Source of the DNA: Bacteroidota bacterium
Lineage (GTDB): Bacteria > Bacteroidota > Ignavibacteria > UBA10030
Direction of reading: 5' to 3'
Length of the DNA stretch: 64,000 nt
Assembly (NCBI GenBank): GCA_041695045.1
Contig: JBGFRR010000164.1
Coordinates: 6,268 to 70,267 of the forward strand
In this document: piece by piece, positions 47,636 through 56,978 of the stretch
Layout of the letters: each line of letters begins with the position of its first letter
Numbering within the stretch: position 1 is the first letter of the stretch
Position numbers and translations under genes: made by a program
The notes under the pieces: generated by a model
What the model saw: only the letters and a program-made list of their open reading frames with translations
What the model was told of the DNA's origin: nothing
Databases searched by the model: none

Positions 47636-48628
47636 ATGAAGCTGCATGACGTAGCAGTGGTTGGCGCCACGGGACTTGTCGGCCGTGCGATGGTACGCGT
47701 ATTGGAGGAGCGGAACTTTCCGGTGAACCGCCTCATTCTTCTCGCGTCGGAGCGGTCGATCGGAAAAGAGATTCCGTTCAACGGCAAACCGGTGCCGGTC
47801 CAAAAGTTGGAGCCGGAACGCTTCCGGCATGTCGAGTTTGCACTCTTCTCTGCCGGCGCCAGCGTGAGCAAAGAGTTTGCTCCGATTGCCGTCAAGGCCG
47901 GAACGGTAGTCATCGACAACAGCAGCGCATTCCGTCTGGAGGAGGGGGTGCCGCTCGTGGTGCCCGAAGTGAACCGTCGGCAGATTTTCAAGCATAAGGG
48001 GATCATTGCAAACCCGAATTGTTCGACCATCCAGATGGTTGTCGTCCTCAAACCGTTGCACGACCTGTTCCGCATCAAGCGTGTTGTGGTCTCAACCTAT
48101 CAATCGGTTACCGGCGCGGGCAAAGTCGGCGTTGATCAGTTGACGGATGAGCTTGCGCGTCGTGAGCCGAAGGTCAAGAAGTTCCCCCATCCGATTGCGT
48201 TCAACTGCATTCCTCACATCGATATCTTTTATGATGACGGGTACTCGAAGGAAGAGTTCAAGATGATGAACGAGACGAAAAAGATCATGGGGGAAAACAT
48301 TAAGGTGACGGCAACGACCGTCCGCGTGCCGGTGATCGGGGGGCACTCGGAATCGGTGAACATCGAGCTCGAAAAGCAGTGCACCGTCGCAGACGTGCGT
48401 GAGGTCCTCCGCACAGCTCCCGGCGTCGCACTGCTCGACGAGCCGCAAGACAACGTGTATCCGATGCCGATCCTCGCGCAGGACAAGGACGACGTGTTCG
48501 TCGGGCGGATCCGCAAAGATGAGACCGTGCGCAGCGGCGTCAATCTTTGGATTGTCGCGGATAACATCCGCAAAGGCGCGGCGACGAACGCTGTGCAGAT
48601 CGCCGCAGCGCTTGTGGTGGGGCGTTAG
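47636..48628 (+). CDS. asd: Aspartate-semialdehyde dehydrogenase
   Basis: VGATGLVG, IIANPNCSTIQ, DNIRKGAATNAVQI. Confidence 0.97.
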   Translation: MKLHDVAVVGATGLVGRAMVRVLEERNFPVNRLILLASERSIGKEIPFNGKPVPVQKLEPERFRHVEFALFSAGASVSKEFAPIAVKAGTVVIDNSSAFRLEEGVPLVVPEVNRRQIFKHKGIIANPNCSTIQMVVVLKPLHDLFRIKRVVVSTYQSVTGAGKVGVDQLTDELARREPKVKKFPHPIAFNCIPHIDIFYDDGYSKEEFKMMNETKKIMGENIKVTATTVRVPVIGGHSESVNIELEKQCTVADVREVLRTAPGVALLDEPQDNVYPMPILAQDKDDVFVGRIRKDETVRSGVNLWIVADNIRKGAATNAVQIAAALVVGR

Positions 48629-48778
48629 GCAATGCATTCCGCTTTCGACGGAGCTCCACATATTCTCTCAGTTCTCGAACCCGGCCGAAACAGGTTGCCG
48701 CGAGGAGTTCTGTAGGAACGACAAAGTTTTTATCACCGACCGCTGTAGCAATTTTTCATTTAGATCTGTTTGAAGCTC

Positions 48779-49666
48779 ATGAACGCAAACACGATAGCAG
48801 CACTACCTTTTCTCGTTACTGTATTCCTCGTGTTCGGAATTGTTGCGGGATGCTCAAAGAAAGAGGAAAACAAGGGAACAGACCTCGTCACGTTTGCCGT
48901 GCGAGGGCAGATCATTTCACTGGAGCCGGAACGGAGAACCGTCACCATCGCGCACAAAGAAATCCCCAACTACATGATGGCGATGACGATGCCGTTCAGA
49001 GTGAAAGATACGACGCTCCTCGCGAACGTCCAGCCGGGGGATTCGGTGGTCGGCACGCTGGCCGTCTCGCGTACGGAAAGCTGGCTCGCATCGCTTACCG
49101 TCACGTCGCGCGGCGATGATGCTCGCGTCCTCTCGCCGGATGAAGTAATGTTCAAGCGATTATTCAAAGAGGGGGAGCCGTTTCCCGAGTTCACCTTCAC
49201 GAATCAGGACGGCCGGCGCGTTCGCATCGGCGACTTCCGCGGAAAAGTGGTGGCGTTCACCCTCATCTACTCGCGCTGCCCACTGCCCGATTTTTGCATT
49301 CGCATGAGCGATAACTTTGCCAACATCCAGAAGCGGCTTGCACGCGAGTCGTCGCTCAACGGCAAGTGGCACCTGATGACGATCAGTTTCGACCCGGAGT
49401 TCGATACGCCCGAGGTGCTGAAGAAATACGGCCGCACCTATAATGCCGACTTCACCACGTGGGATTTTGTTACTGCGCCCATGGCATCCATCCGGACGCT
49501 TGCGGATGGACTCGACCTTACCATAGAAGACGACGAGGGTGGATTGATTGCCCATAACCTTCGCACCGTGGTCATCGATGTGCGAGGGAATCTCTCCAAA
49601 GTTTTCCTCGGCAATGACTGGACGCCGGAGGAAGTCGTCAACCACATGAAAATGCTGGCCCGCTAA
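48779..49666 (+). CDS. CusF-like + SCO family copper-binding lipoprotein
   Basis: Lipobox VAGC; IAHKEIPNYMMAMTMPF; CPLPDFC, SFDPEFDT, IAHNLRT. Confidence 0.88.
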   Translation: MNANTIAALPFLVTVFLVFGIVAGCSKKEENKGTDLVTFAVRGQIISLEPERRTVTIAHKEIPNYMMAMTMPFRVKDTTLLANVQPGDSVVGTLAVSRTESWLASLTVTSRGDDARVLSPDEVMFKRLFKEGEPFPEFTFTNQDGRRVRIGDFRGKVVAFTLIYSRCPLPDFCIRMSDNFANIQKRLARESSLNGKWHLMTISFDPEFDTPEVLKKYGRTYNADFTTWDFVTAPMASIRTLADGLDLTIEDDEGGLIAHNLRTVVIDVRGNLSKVFLGNDWTPEEVVNHMKMLAR

Positions 49667-49702
49667 CCCTGAACCCGGTGAACACCGTTCCGCCGGAACA
49701 CC

Positions 49703-51586
49703 ATGAGCACCCCCATTTCCAAACTTCTGTTTCGTCAGCGCATCCGGCAGGGACCGGTGCTGTGCGATGGAGCGATGGGGACGCTGCTCGACCTCTACGA
49801 GTACCCCGAACTTCCACACGAGATTCAGAACCTCAAAAACCCCGAGATTGTCGAGCGCATTCACCGCGAGTACATCGAGGCGGGTGCAGAAATCATCCAA
49901 ACCAACACCTTCTCCGCCAATCGGCTGAGGCTCGCACAGTTTCATCGCGAGGATCGACTTGAAGAGATTAACCGTCGGGGTGTCGAGATTGCCAAACGCG
50001 TTGCAGGCGGTCGTGTCTATGTTGCCGGCTCCGTCGGGCCGACAGGAAAACTTCTTGAACCCATCGGCAAGCTCAAACTGCAGGAGGCGCGGGAAGCCTT
50101 CCGCGAACAGATCGCCATCCTCGTCGATGCAGGCGTCGACCTCATCATGCTGGAGACCTTCGTCAGCTTGCATGAACTCGATGAAGCCATCACTGCCGCG
50201 AAGGAAACAACGGACCTCCCCATCGTCGCGCAGAAAGCGTTTCCCGAAGACGGCGCAATTCTTTCCGGCTCCTTCCCCATCGAAGTTGTTGAGCACCTGA
50301 TCGGGCGCGGTGTCGATGTCGTTGGTGCAAACTGCACTGTTGGCCCGCAGCGGATGTTCAGCATCATTCGCACGATGTACAAGGACGGCGTGGTCATGGC
50401 CGCACAGCCTGCCGCCGGGATCCCTACGCTCCTCAATGGGCGCTCCATCTACCACACGACGCCGGAGTATCTGGCAACGTATGCGCGAGAGCTTCTCCAG
50501 GCTGGCGTAACGCTCATCGGCGCGTGCTGTGGCTCCACGCCTGCGCATATCCGAGCGATCCGCAGCGTCATGGATGACCTTGCGCGGCAGGGAATAAAAT
50601 CCTCGCCCCGCTTGAGAAGCAGTGGGATGGCCAGGCCGCGTGAACGCCCCGACTTGTCGGGGCTCGACGCACCGCCAGAACCCGAACGCTCGCGCTTTGC
50701 CCGCGCCATCGGCCAGAAATTCTTGACGACTGTTGAGATCGACATTCCCCGCGGTCTCGATATGACGCCCGTGCTCGAAGGAGCGCGGTTTTTACACCGG
50801 CACGGCGTCGATGCCATTAACGTTACCGATGGAGCACGAGCGCGTCTGCGGATGAGTTCCGTCGCTATCTCGTATCAGCTTCAACAAGAGGTGGGAATCG
50901 AAGCGATGATGCATTTGGCCACGCGAGATCGGAACATGATTGCGTCGCAGGCCGAACTCATGGGTGCTCATGCGCTCGGCATCCGTAATGTTCTTGCCAT
51001 CACCGGCGATCCGACCAGTATCGGCGACTATCCTCAAGCATCGTCGGTGTTTGATATCGATTCGGTCGGCCTGATCCGCGCGGTCAAGTCGATGAACGAG
51101 GGCCGCGACCTCATGGGGAACAGCATCGGCGCGCGCACGGCGTTCCTCATCGCCTGCGCCGTGAACGCCATGGCGGACAATCTTGACGCGGAGTTGGAGA
51201 AACTCCGTCGCAAAGTCGATGCGGGCGCAGACATTGTCTTTACCCAACCGATTTACGACCTCCGCACTCTTGAGCAATTACTCAAACACACCGAGCAATG
51301 GAAACTTCCCGTCATGCTCGGCGTGCTTCCGCTGCGAAGCTCCAAGCATGCGGAGTTTTTGCACAACGAGATTCCGGGCATGGCCATTCCCGCAGACGTC
51401 CGGCAACGGCTGCGTGCGGCCGGTGAGAACCCCGCCGCTTGCGGCGGGGTCGGCATCGAGCTTGCCATTGCATTGCTCGCCGAAGCCAAATCGTCGGTCG
51501 CCGGCGTGTATCTCATGCCGCCGTTCAAAAAGCACGATATCGTCCCCGTCATTCTCGATGGGGCAGGAATAACCGTTCGTAGTTGA
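49703..51586 (+). CDS. Bifunctional homocysteine S-methyltransferase / methylenetetrahydrofolate reductase (YitJ-like)
   Basis: DGAMGT, TNTF, GANC, GACCG; then NVTDG, RDRN, TGDP, TQP. Confidence 0.93.
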   Translation: MSTPISKLLFRQRIRQGPVLCDGAMGTLLDLYEYPELPHEIQNLKNPEIVERIHREYIEAGAEIIQTNTFSANRLRLAQFHREDRLEEINRRGVEIAKRVAGGRVYVAGSVGPTGKLLEPIGKLKLQEAREAFREQIAILVDAGVDLIMLETFVSLHELDEAITAAKETTDLPIVAQKAFPEDGAILSGSFPIEVVEHLIGRGVDVVGANCTVGPQRMFSIIRTMYKDGVVMAAQPAAGIPTLLNGRSIYHTTPEYLATYARELLQAGVTLIGACCGSTPAHIRAIRSVMDDLARQGIKSSPRLRSSGMARPRERPDLSGLDAPPEPERSRFARAIGQKFLTTVEIDIPRGLDMTPVLEGARFLHRHGVDAINVTDGARARLRMSSVAISYQLQQEVGIEAMMHLATRDRNMIASQAELMGAHALGIRNVLAITGDPTSIGDYPQASSVFDIDSVGLIRAVKSMNEGRDLMGNSIGARTAFLIACAVNAMADNLDAELEKLRRKVDAGADIVFTQPIYDLRTLEQLLKHTEQWKLPVMLGVLPLRSSKHAEFLHNEIPGMAIPADVRQRLRAAGENPAACGGVGIELAIALLAEAKSSVAGVYLMPPFKKHDIVPVILDGAGITVRS

Positions 51587-51633
51587 AGCGGCTCTTTACC
51601 GTTCATTTCCCCCAAGCGTACGCTGGGGTTTCT

Positions 51634-52461
51634 ATGCCGTCAACCATTGGCACAATCTCGATCCGCGATCTCTCAACCAACGACGAGTACGACGCATGCG
51701 TGCGTTTGCAGCGTGAGACGTGGGGAAAGGATTTCGACGATGTCATCCCCGCTTCGCTGCTGAAGGTGAGCCAGAAGGTGGGTGGCGTGACGGCGGGCGC
51801 CTTCGATGAGAACGAGAGGATGGTGGGATTCGTGTTCGGGCTGACGGGAATGAAAGATGGCGCGCCGGCTCATTGGTCGCACATGCTCGCCGTCAGCAAC
51901 GATGTGCGCGGCCGCGGCGTTGGAAAAGCGCTCAAGCTCTATCAGCGCAGTCGGCTGTTAGAGCAAGGCGTGCGTGTCGCGTACTGGACGTTTGACCCTC
52001 TTGTTGCTCGCAACGCAAACCTGAATATCAACGGCCTCGGCGCTGAGATCGCTGAATATGTGAAGGACATGTATCTCGATACCGGCAGTGACCTCCATCG
52101 TGGCGTAGGGATGGATCGCTTCATCGTCGTTTGGCGTCTTGATGATGAGTCCCGCAAAGCGGGACTCGAGGGGACCGTTCGACACGATGTAGAGCGTTTT
52201 GCACAAGCTCCGGTTGTGAACACGCGTGTCGAGAACGGCGGCATCATCGTTCCCGACGGCCGGGATCTGCCGATGGCGGAGACTGTACGGGTGGAGATTC
52301 CGGCCAACATTGAAGCGGTGCAGAAGCAATCTCTCGACCTTGCGGCACGCTGGCGCGCAAACACACGGCGGGCTTTCCTTTCGTATCAGGACGCGGGCTA
52401 TCGCGTGGCCGCCTTCTATCACGATGCCGGCCGCTGCTTCTACTGTCTCGCCAAATTATAA
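51634..52461 (+). CDS. GNAT acyltransferase (putative D-amino acid N-succinyltransferase)
   Basis: HWSHMLAV...RGRGVGKALK...WTFDPL..RNA; adjacent to NSAR/OSBS. Confidence 0.85.
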   Translation: MPSTIGTISIRDLSTNDEYDACVRLQRETWGKDFDDVIPASLLKVSQKVGGVTAGAFDENERMVGFVFGLTGMKDGAPAHWSHMLAVSNDVRGRGVGKALKLYQRSRLLEQGVRVAYWTFDPLVARNANLNINGLGAEIAEYVKDMYLDTGSDLHRGVGMDRFIVVWRLDDESRKAGLEGTVRHDVERFAQAPVVNTRVENGGIIVPDGRDLPMAETVRVEIPANIEAVQKQSLDLAARWRANTRRAFLSYQDAGYRVAAFYHDAGRCFYCLAKL

Positions 52462-52473
52462 CGCGGGCCGTCG

Positions 52474-53610
52474 GTGAATCTCATTATCTCCAAAATCACC
52501 CTGCGCGAAATTCTTCTCCCCTTGCGGGAGCCGTTCCGTATCTCCTCGGGTGCTGTTCAGAATCGCCGCATCTGTCTCGTGGAGCTTGAAAGCGTCGACG
52601 GCGTCGTGGGCTGGAGTGAATGCGTGGCGGGAGAATTCCCCAACTACAGCTCCGAGACGATTGACACGGCGTGGTTGGCGATCAGGGATTGGCTTGCTCC
52701 GCGCATCATCGGAATGTCGCTGACAGGCCCGCATGAGGTGCCTGAACTCCTCAACCCCGCTGTGCGGGGTCATAACATGGCAAAGGCGGCAATCGAAATG
52801 GGAGTGTGGGAACTCACTGCGCAGACGAAGAACATCGCATTAGCCCGGCTGTTGGGAGGCGTGAGAGCGACCGTCGAAGTAGGAATCTCGCTTGGTATCC
52901 AGCAAGACCCGGCGGCGCTCGTGGAAAAAGTTCGACAGAGCATCGAGCAGGGATACAGGAAGATCAAAATGAAGATCGAGCCAGGGAACGACGTCGAGTT
53001 TGTGCGAGCGGTTCGGGAAGCGTTCGGGCCGGACGCGCCTCTCATGGTCGATGCAAACAACGCCTACACGCTCGACGATGCCGACCACTTGAAGCGGCTT
53101 GATGAGTTTCTATTGATGATGATCGAGCAGCCTCTCGCACACGACGACCTTCTTCGCCATGCGCGACTCCAGCGCATGTTGGAAACACCCATCTGTCTCG
53201 ACGAGTCGATCACCAGCGTCGAGAAAGCGGAGGATATGGTAACACTGGGCAGCGGGCGCATCGTCAACATCAAGCCGGGGCGTGTTGGAGGATTCCTGTC
53301 GTCGATTGCGCTTCACGACTTTTGCGGCGACCACGGTGTGCCTGTATGGTGCGGCGGAATGTTAGAAAGCGGGATTGGCCGCGCGCACAACATCGCACTG
53401 GCATCACTGCCGAACTTCACGCTCCCCGGCGACCTCTCCCCAAGCGCCCGCTACTGGGAGCGCGATATCGTGCAGCCCGAGTGGACGATGAGCAGCGACG
53501 GCACGGTAACGGTGCCGATGGACAAGCCGGGCATGGGCGTCGCGGTTGACCGTGACCGTGTGGACAATCTAACTGTGCGAGCGGAAACGCTGACGAGGCC
53601 ATTCCCATGA
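52474..53610 (+). CDS. menC: OSBS / N-succinylamino acid racemase (enolase superfamily)
   Basis: KIKMKI, VDAN, IEQP, LDES, NIKPGRVGG, WCGGMLESGIG, PGDLS; no other men genes in window. Confidence 0.85.
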   Translation: MNLIISKITLREILLPLREPFRISSGAVQNRRICLVELESVDGVVGWSECVAGEFPNYSSETIDTAWLAIRDWLAPRIIGMSLTGPHEVPELLNPAVRGHNMAKAAIEMGVWELTAQTKNIALARLLGGVRATVEVGISLGIQQDPAALVEKVRQSIEQGYRKIKMKIEPGNDVEFVRAVREAFGPDAPLMVDANNAYTLDDADHLKRLDEFLLMMIEQPLAHDDLLRHARLQRMLETPICLDESITSVEKAEDMVTLGSGRIVNIKPGRVGGFLSSIALHDFCGDHGVPVWCGGMLESGIGRAHNIALASLPNFTLPGDLSPSARYWERDIVQPEWTMSSDGTVTVPMDKPGMGVAVDRDRVDNLTVRAETLTRPFP

Positions 53611-54812
53611 ACATTCCGCCCTCCATTCATTCTCTTTTTTCAGACGACGTGGTGCAGCGGCTTGTGACGTTGCGACGCACGCTTCATCATGATCCTGAAC
53701 TTTCCTTCGAAGAGCACCGCACAGCCGAGCGGATCGAAGAGATGCTTGCTGCGTTGAGACCAATGTCGATTCAGCGCGTGGCAAAGACCGGAGTGGTTGC
53801 GCGCTTTGCCGGCAAGGATCCCAACGCACCGGCGGTTGCCGTTCGTGGCGATATCGACGCGCTGCCGATTCAGGAAGCGACAGAATTTGAATTCGCATCG
53901 AAGAATGCCGGCGTCATGCACGCCTGTGGCCATGACGTTCACGCCGCCTGGGCGATGGGAGCAGCTATGCTGCTCGCCAAGCATCCGGCAGAAGGCGATG
54001 CCGTCGTTGTGTTTCAGCCGGCAGAGGAGATCGGCAAGGGAGCGGTGGCAGTGTTGGAGAGCGGTGCGCTCGATGGTGTTGAGGCGATTTTTGGCGCGCA
54101 TGTGGACAGGCGTTTTCCGGTGGGAAAGGTCATCGTGCAGGAAGGCCCTATGGCGGCATCAACGGATACGTTTAAGATTGAGCTGGTCGGGAAAGGCGCG
54201 CACGGAGCACGGCCGCATGAGGCTGCCGACCCCATCGTGGCGTCGGCAGGAGTGATTGCAGCGCTGCAGACGGTTGTCGCTCGCAAGCTCAATCCCGCAA
54301 CGGCGGGTGTGGTGAGTGTTGGCTCCGTATATGCAGGCAACGCGCCGAACGTGATTCCCGACCGTGCACGACTCACCGGCACCCTCCGCGCGATCGATGC
54401 CGAGACGCGAGCACTGTTGAAGTCCGAGGTTGTGCGGATCGTAACTGCTGTCGCATCTGGATACGGTGTAGAGGGAACAGTAACGTTCGACGTCGGAACG
54501 CCCCCCATCGTGAATCCGCCTGAGCCGATTGTGTGGGCGCGGGAGGCTGCGCGATCGTTGCTTGGAGAAAAAGCATTTGCTCAGCTTCCCGGTTTGAACA
54601 TGGTAGGGGAGGACTTTTCGTACTACATGGAACGCATGCCCGGCTGTTTCCTCCGCGTCGGTGCATGTGAAGAAGGCGGCCAGCCGATTCCTTCTCACTC
54701 CCCCCACTTTTATGCTGCAGAGGAGGCAATCTTCATCGGCGCGGCTGTGCTTGCCGAGACCGCTCGCGTAGCATCGCACGAACTCAGGCACAGAAAGGAC
54801 AACCGCGCGTGA
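53607..54812 (+). CDS. M20 amidohydrolase
   Basis: HHDPELSFEE, RGDIDALP, MHACGHD, FQPAEE, GEDF, HSP. Confidence 0.92.
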   Translation: MNIPPSIHSLFSDDVVQRLVTLRRTLHHDPELSFEEHRTAERIEEMLAALRPMSIQRVAKTGVVARFAGKDPNAPAVAVRGDIDALPIQEATEFEFASKNAGVMHACGHDVHAAWAMGAAMLLAKHPAEGDAVVVFQPAEEIGKGAVAVLESGALDGVEAIFGAHVDRRFPVGKVIVQEGPMAASTDTFKIELVGKGAHGARPHEAADPIVASAGVIAALQTVVARKLNPATAGVVSVGSVYAGNAPNVIPDRARLTGTLRAIDAETRALLKSEVVRIVTAVASGYGVEGTVTFDVGTPPIVNPPEPIVWAREAARSLLGEKAFAQLPGLNMVGEDFSYYMERMPGCFLRVGACEEGGQPIPSHSPHFYAAEEAIFIGAAVLAETARVASHELRHRKDNRA

Positions 54813-56128
54813 GCGAACGCCTGCAGCGTGCCCTTCGTTCAAAAGACCTTGTCATGATTGTCGTCGGAACCGTCATCGGTTCCGGCATCTTCATTGTACC
54901 TGCATCGGTACTGCGTTCGACGGGCGAACATGTTTGGCTCGCGCTGCTCGTGTGGGTTCTCGGCGGTGTTCTGACGCTGCTCGGTGCGCTGTCCTACGCA
55001 GAGTTGGGAGCCATGTTCCCGCAGACAGGCGGGTTGTACATCTACCTGAGAGATGCGTTCGGCCGCTTTCCGGCGTTCCTGTACGGTTGGGCATTGTTCT
55101 TCCTCATCGGCACCGGCGCAACGGCAACGCTTGCCGTCGCGTTTGCGACGTATCTTCAGCAGCTCATTCCTCTCTCTCCAATTCTTGCCCGTACAGTTTC
55201 GGTGCTGATGATTGTTGTCGTTGCCGTCATCAATGTACGGGGTGTGAAGCAGAGTGCGCGTGTGCAGGGATGGGCGACAGCCATCAAGGTGGGAGCGATT
55301 GTGGTGATGAGCGGCATGTTGATTGCGCTCGGCGGCGGTGAACAATCCAACGCGCCCGCTACTTATCCTGCCATGTCGTGGACAGAGTTGATCGCCGGCA
55401 TGGGTGTAGCAATGGTCGGTGTGCTCTGGGCGTACGAAGGATGGCACTACGTTTCCTTTTCGACCGGGGAAACGATCGACCCACAAACAACGTACGCCCG
55501 GGCGATCATGGTGGGAACACTTGCGCTGATCGCCATCTATCTTATCGGGAATCTTGGCTATCTTGCCGCGTTGGGGCCCGTTCGGGCCGCACAGTCTGAA
55601 CGAATTGCCGCGGACGCCGTGAGTCTCGTCCTCGGCCCCGCGGCGGCAAACGTCATTACCGTCGCCATCCTCGTGTCGATGTTCAGCGCAGCCAACGGCA
55701 TCATGCTGACGGCGACCCGGGCCTACTATGCGATGGCGAACGACGGCATTTTCTTCCGGGCGTTGGGAGAAGTGCATGCACGCTTTCGGACGCCGGCAAA
55801 GGCGGTCGTGTGGAACTCGCTTTGGGCAATCGTCCTCGCTGCAACGGGGACATTCGAACAACTCTTTACCTACGTCGTGTTTGGGGGATGGATTTTTTAT
55901 GCTCTCGGTGCAGTAAGCGTCATCGTCTTCCGTTCAACACGTCCTGGTCTGGAGCGCACATTCCGCGTGCCGGGTTATCCCTATACGCCAATCATCTTTG
56001 CGCTCGCATCGGCGGCGATTGTTCTCAACACGCTCATCTCGCAACCGGAGCGTGGGTTCGTCGGGCTGGGAATTCTCCTGTTGGGTGCGCCGGCCTATGC
56101 GGTGTGGATTCGCCGTAAGAGTTCTTGA
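54809..56128 (+). CDS. APC family amino acid permease
   Basis: VGTVIGSGIF, YAELG, WAYEGW. Confidence 0.92.
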   Translation: MSERLQRALRSKDLVMIVVGTVIGSGIFIVPASVLRSTGEHVWLALLVWVLGGVLTLLGALSYAELGAMFPQTGGLYIYLRDAFGRFPAFLYGWALFFLIGTGATATLAVAFATYLQQLIPLSPILARTVSVLMIVVVAVINVRGVKQSARVQGWATAIKVGAIVVMSGMLIALGGGEQSNAPATYPAMSWTELIAGMGVAMVGVLWAYEGWHYVSFSTGETIDPQTTYARAIMVGTLALIAIYLIGNLGYLAALGPVRAAQSERIAADAVSLVLGPAAANVITVAILVSMFSAANGIMLTATRAYYAMANDGIFFRALGEVHARFRTPAKAVVWNSLWAIVLAATGTFEQLFTYVVFGGWIFYALGAVSVIVFRSTRPGLERTFRVPGYPYTPIIFALASAAIVLNTLISQPERGFVGLGILLLGAPAYAVWIRRKSS

Positions 56129-56194
56129 TGGCCTCATTCCTTGCCCCTGAGCGCTCTTTTCGGTATTATCGTCTCACGTGTGTCGGAAGCAAGA

Positions 56195-56896
56195 ATGCCT
56201 TCTCGCGACGACATTGCTCATCAGCTCGTTTCCTGCTGTCATCGGCTGTATGAACGCGGCCTCGTCGTTGCGGCGGATGGAAACGTATCGGCCCGACTTC
56301 CCAACGGCAATATCCTCATCACGTCGACGGGCGTGAGCAAAGGACGCGTGGAGGCGGCTGACTTCGTTGAGCTTACGCTCGACGGCACACCTGTCGATAA
56401 GCGGAGAACGCCTTCGACGGAAGCGGGCATGCACGTGTTCATTTATGAGCGGCGGAAGGAAGTCGGGGCCGTTATACATGCGCATCCTCCGTACGCAACG
56501 GGGTTTGCGACGGCACGCATAGCGCTCGATAAGCCATTGCTGCCGGAAGTAATTCTCGGTTTGGGATCGATTCCTCTGGCGCCGTACGCAACGCCGTCAA
56601 CGCGTGAAGTGGCTGAATCGTTAGTTCCATTCGTCGAACGACACTCTGCCATCCTGCTGGCAAATCATGGTGTGGTAGTGATGGGACGCGACATCAACGA
56701 AGCCTTTATGCGAATGGAGAAGGTGGAACACGCGGCGCACACGACGTTTGTTGCACATCTGCTCGGAGGAGCACATAGGCTGACGCAGGAGGAAGTTGAA
56801 AAGCTTCGCACTGTTGGCAGCAAAGTCTATGGCCCGCCTGCTTCGCCTTCGGCGGATTCGGCGGACAGGCCAAACAGACGAATGACACCGTCATGA
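56195..56896 (+). CDS. Class II aldolase/adducin family protein
   Basis: DGNVSAR, PSTE..MH, HAHP, LLANHG. Confidence 0.9.
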   Translation: MPSRDDIAHQLVSCCHRLYERGLVVAADGNVSARLPNGNILITSTGVSKGRVEAADFVELTLDGTPVDKRRTPSTEAGMHVFIYERRKEVGAVIHAHPPYATGFATARIALDKPLLPEVILGLGSIPLAPYATPSTREVAESLVPFVERHSAILLANHGVVVMGRDINEAFMRMEKVEHAAHTTFVAHLLGGAHRLTQEEVEKLRTVGSKVYGPPASPSADSADRPNRRMTPS

Positions 56897-56978
56897 CTCA
56901 CTCTTCAGTCCGTCCCAACGACTACCGTCGTTTGTTCGGGCAAACACTCACCGCTCACACACGAATGAAGTCGGCCCC

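Noticed and set aside
49160-50548. Long antisense ORFs (462 aa here; also 30751-31713, 54839-55861)
   Set aside because: Shadow frames of well-supported plus-strand genes in GC-rich DNA; no motifs.
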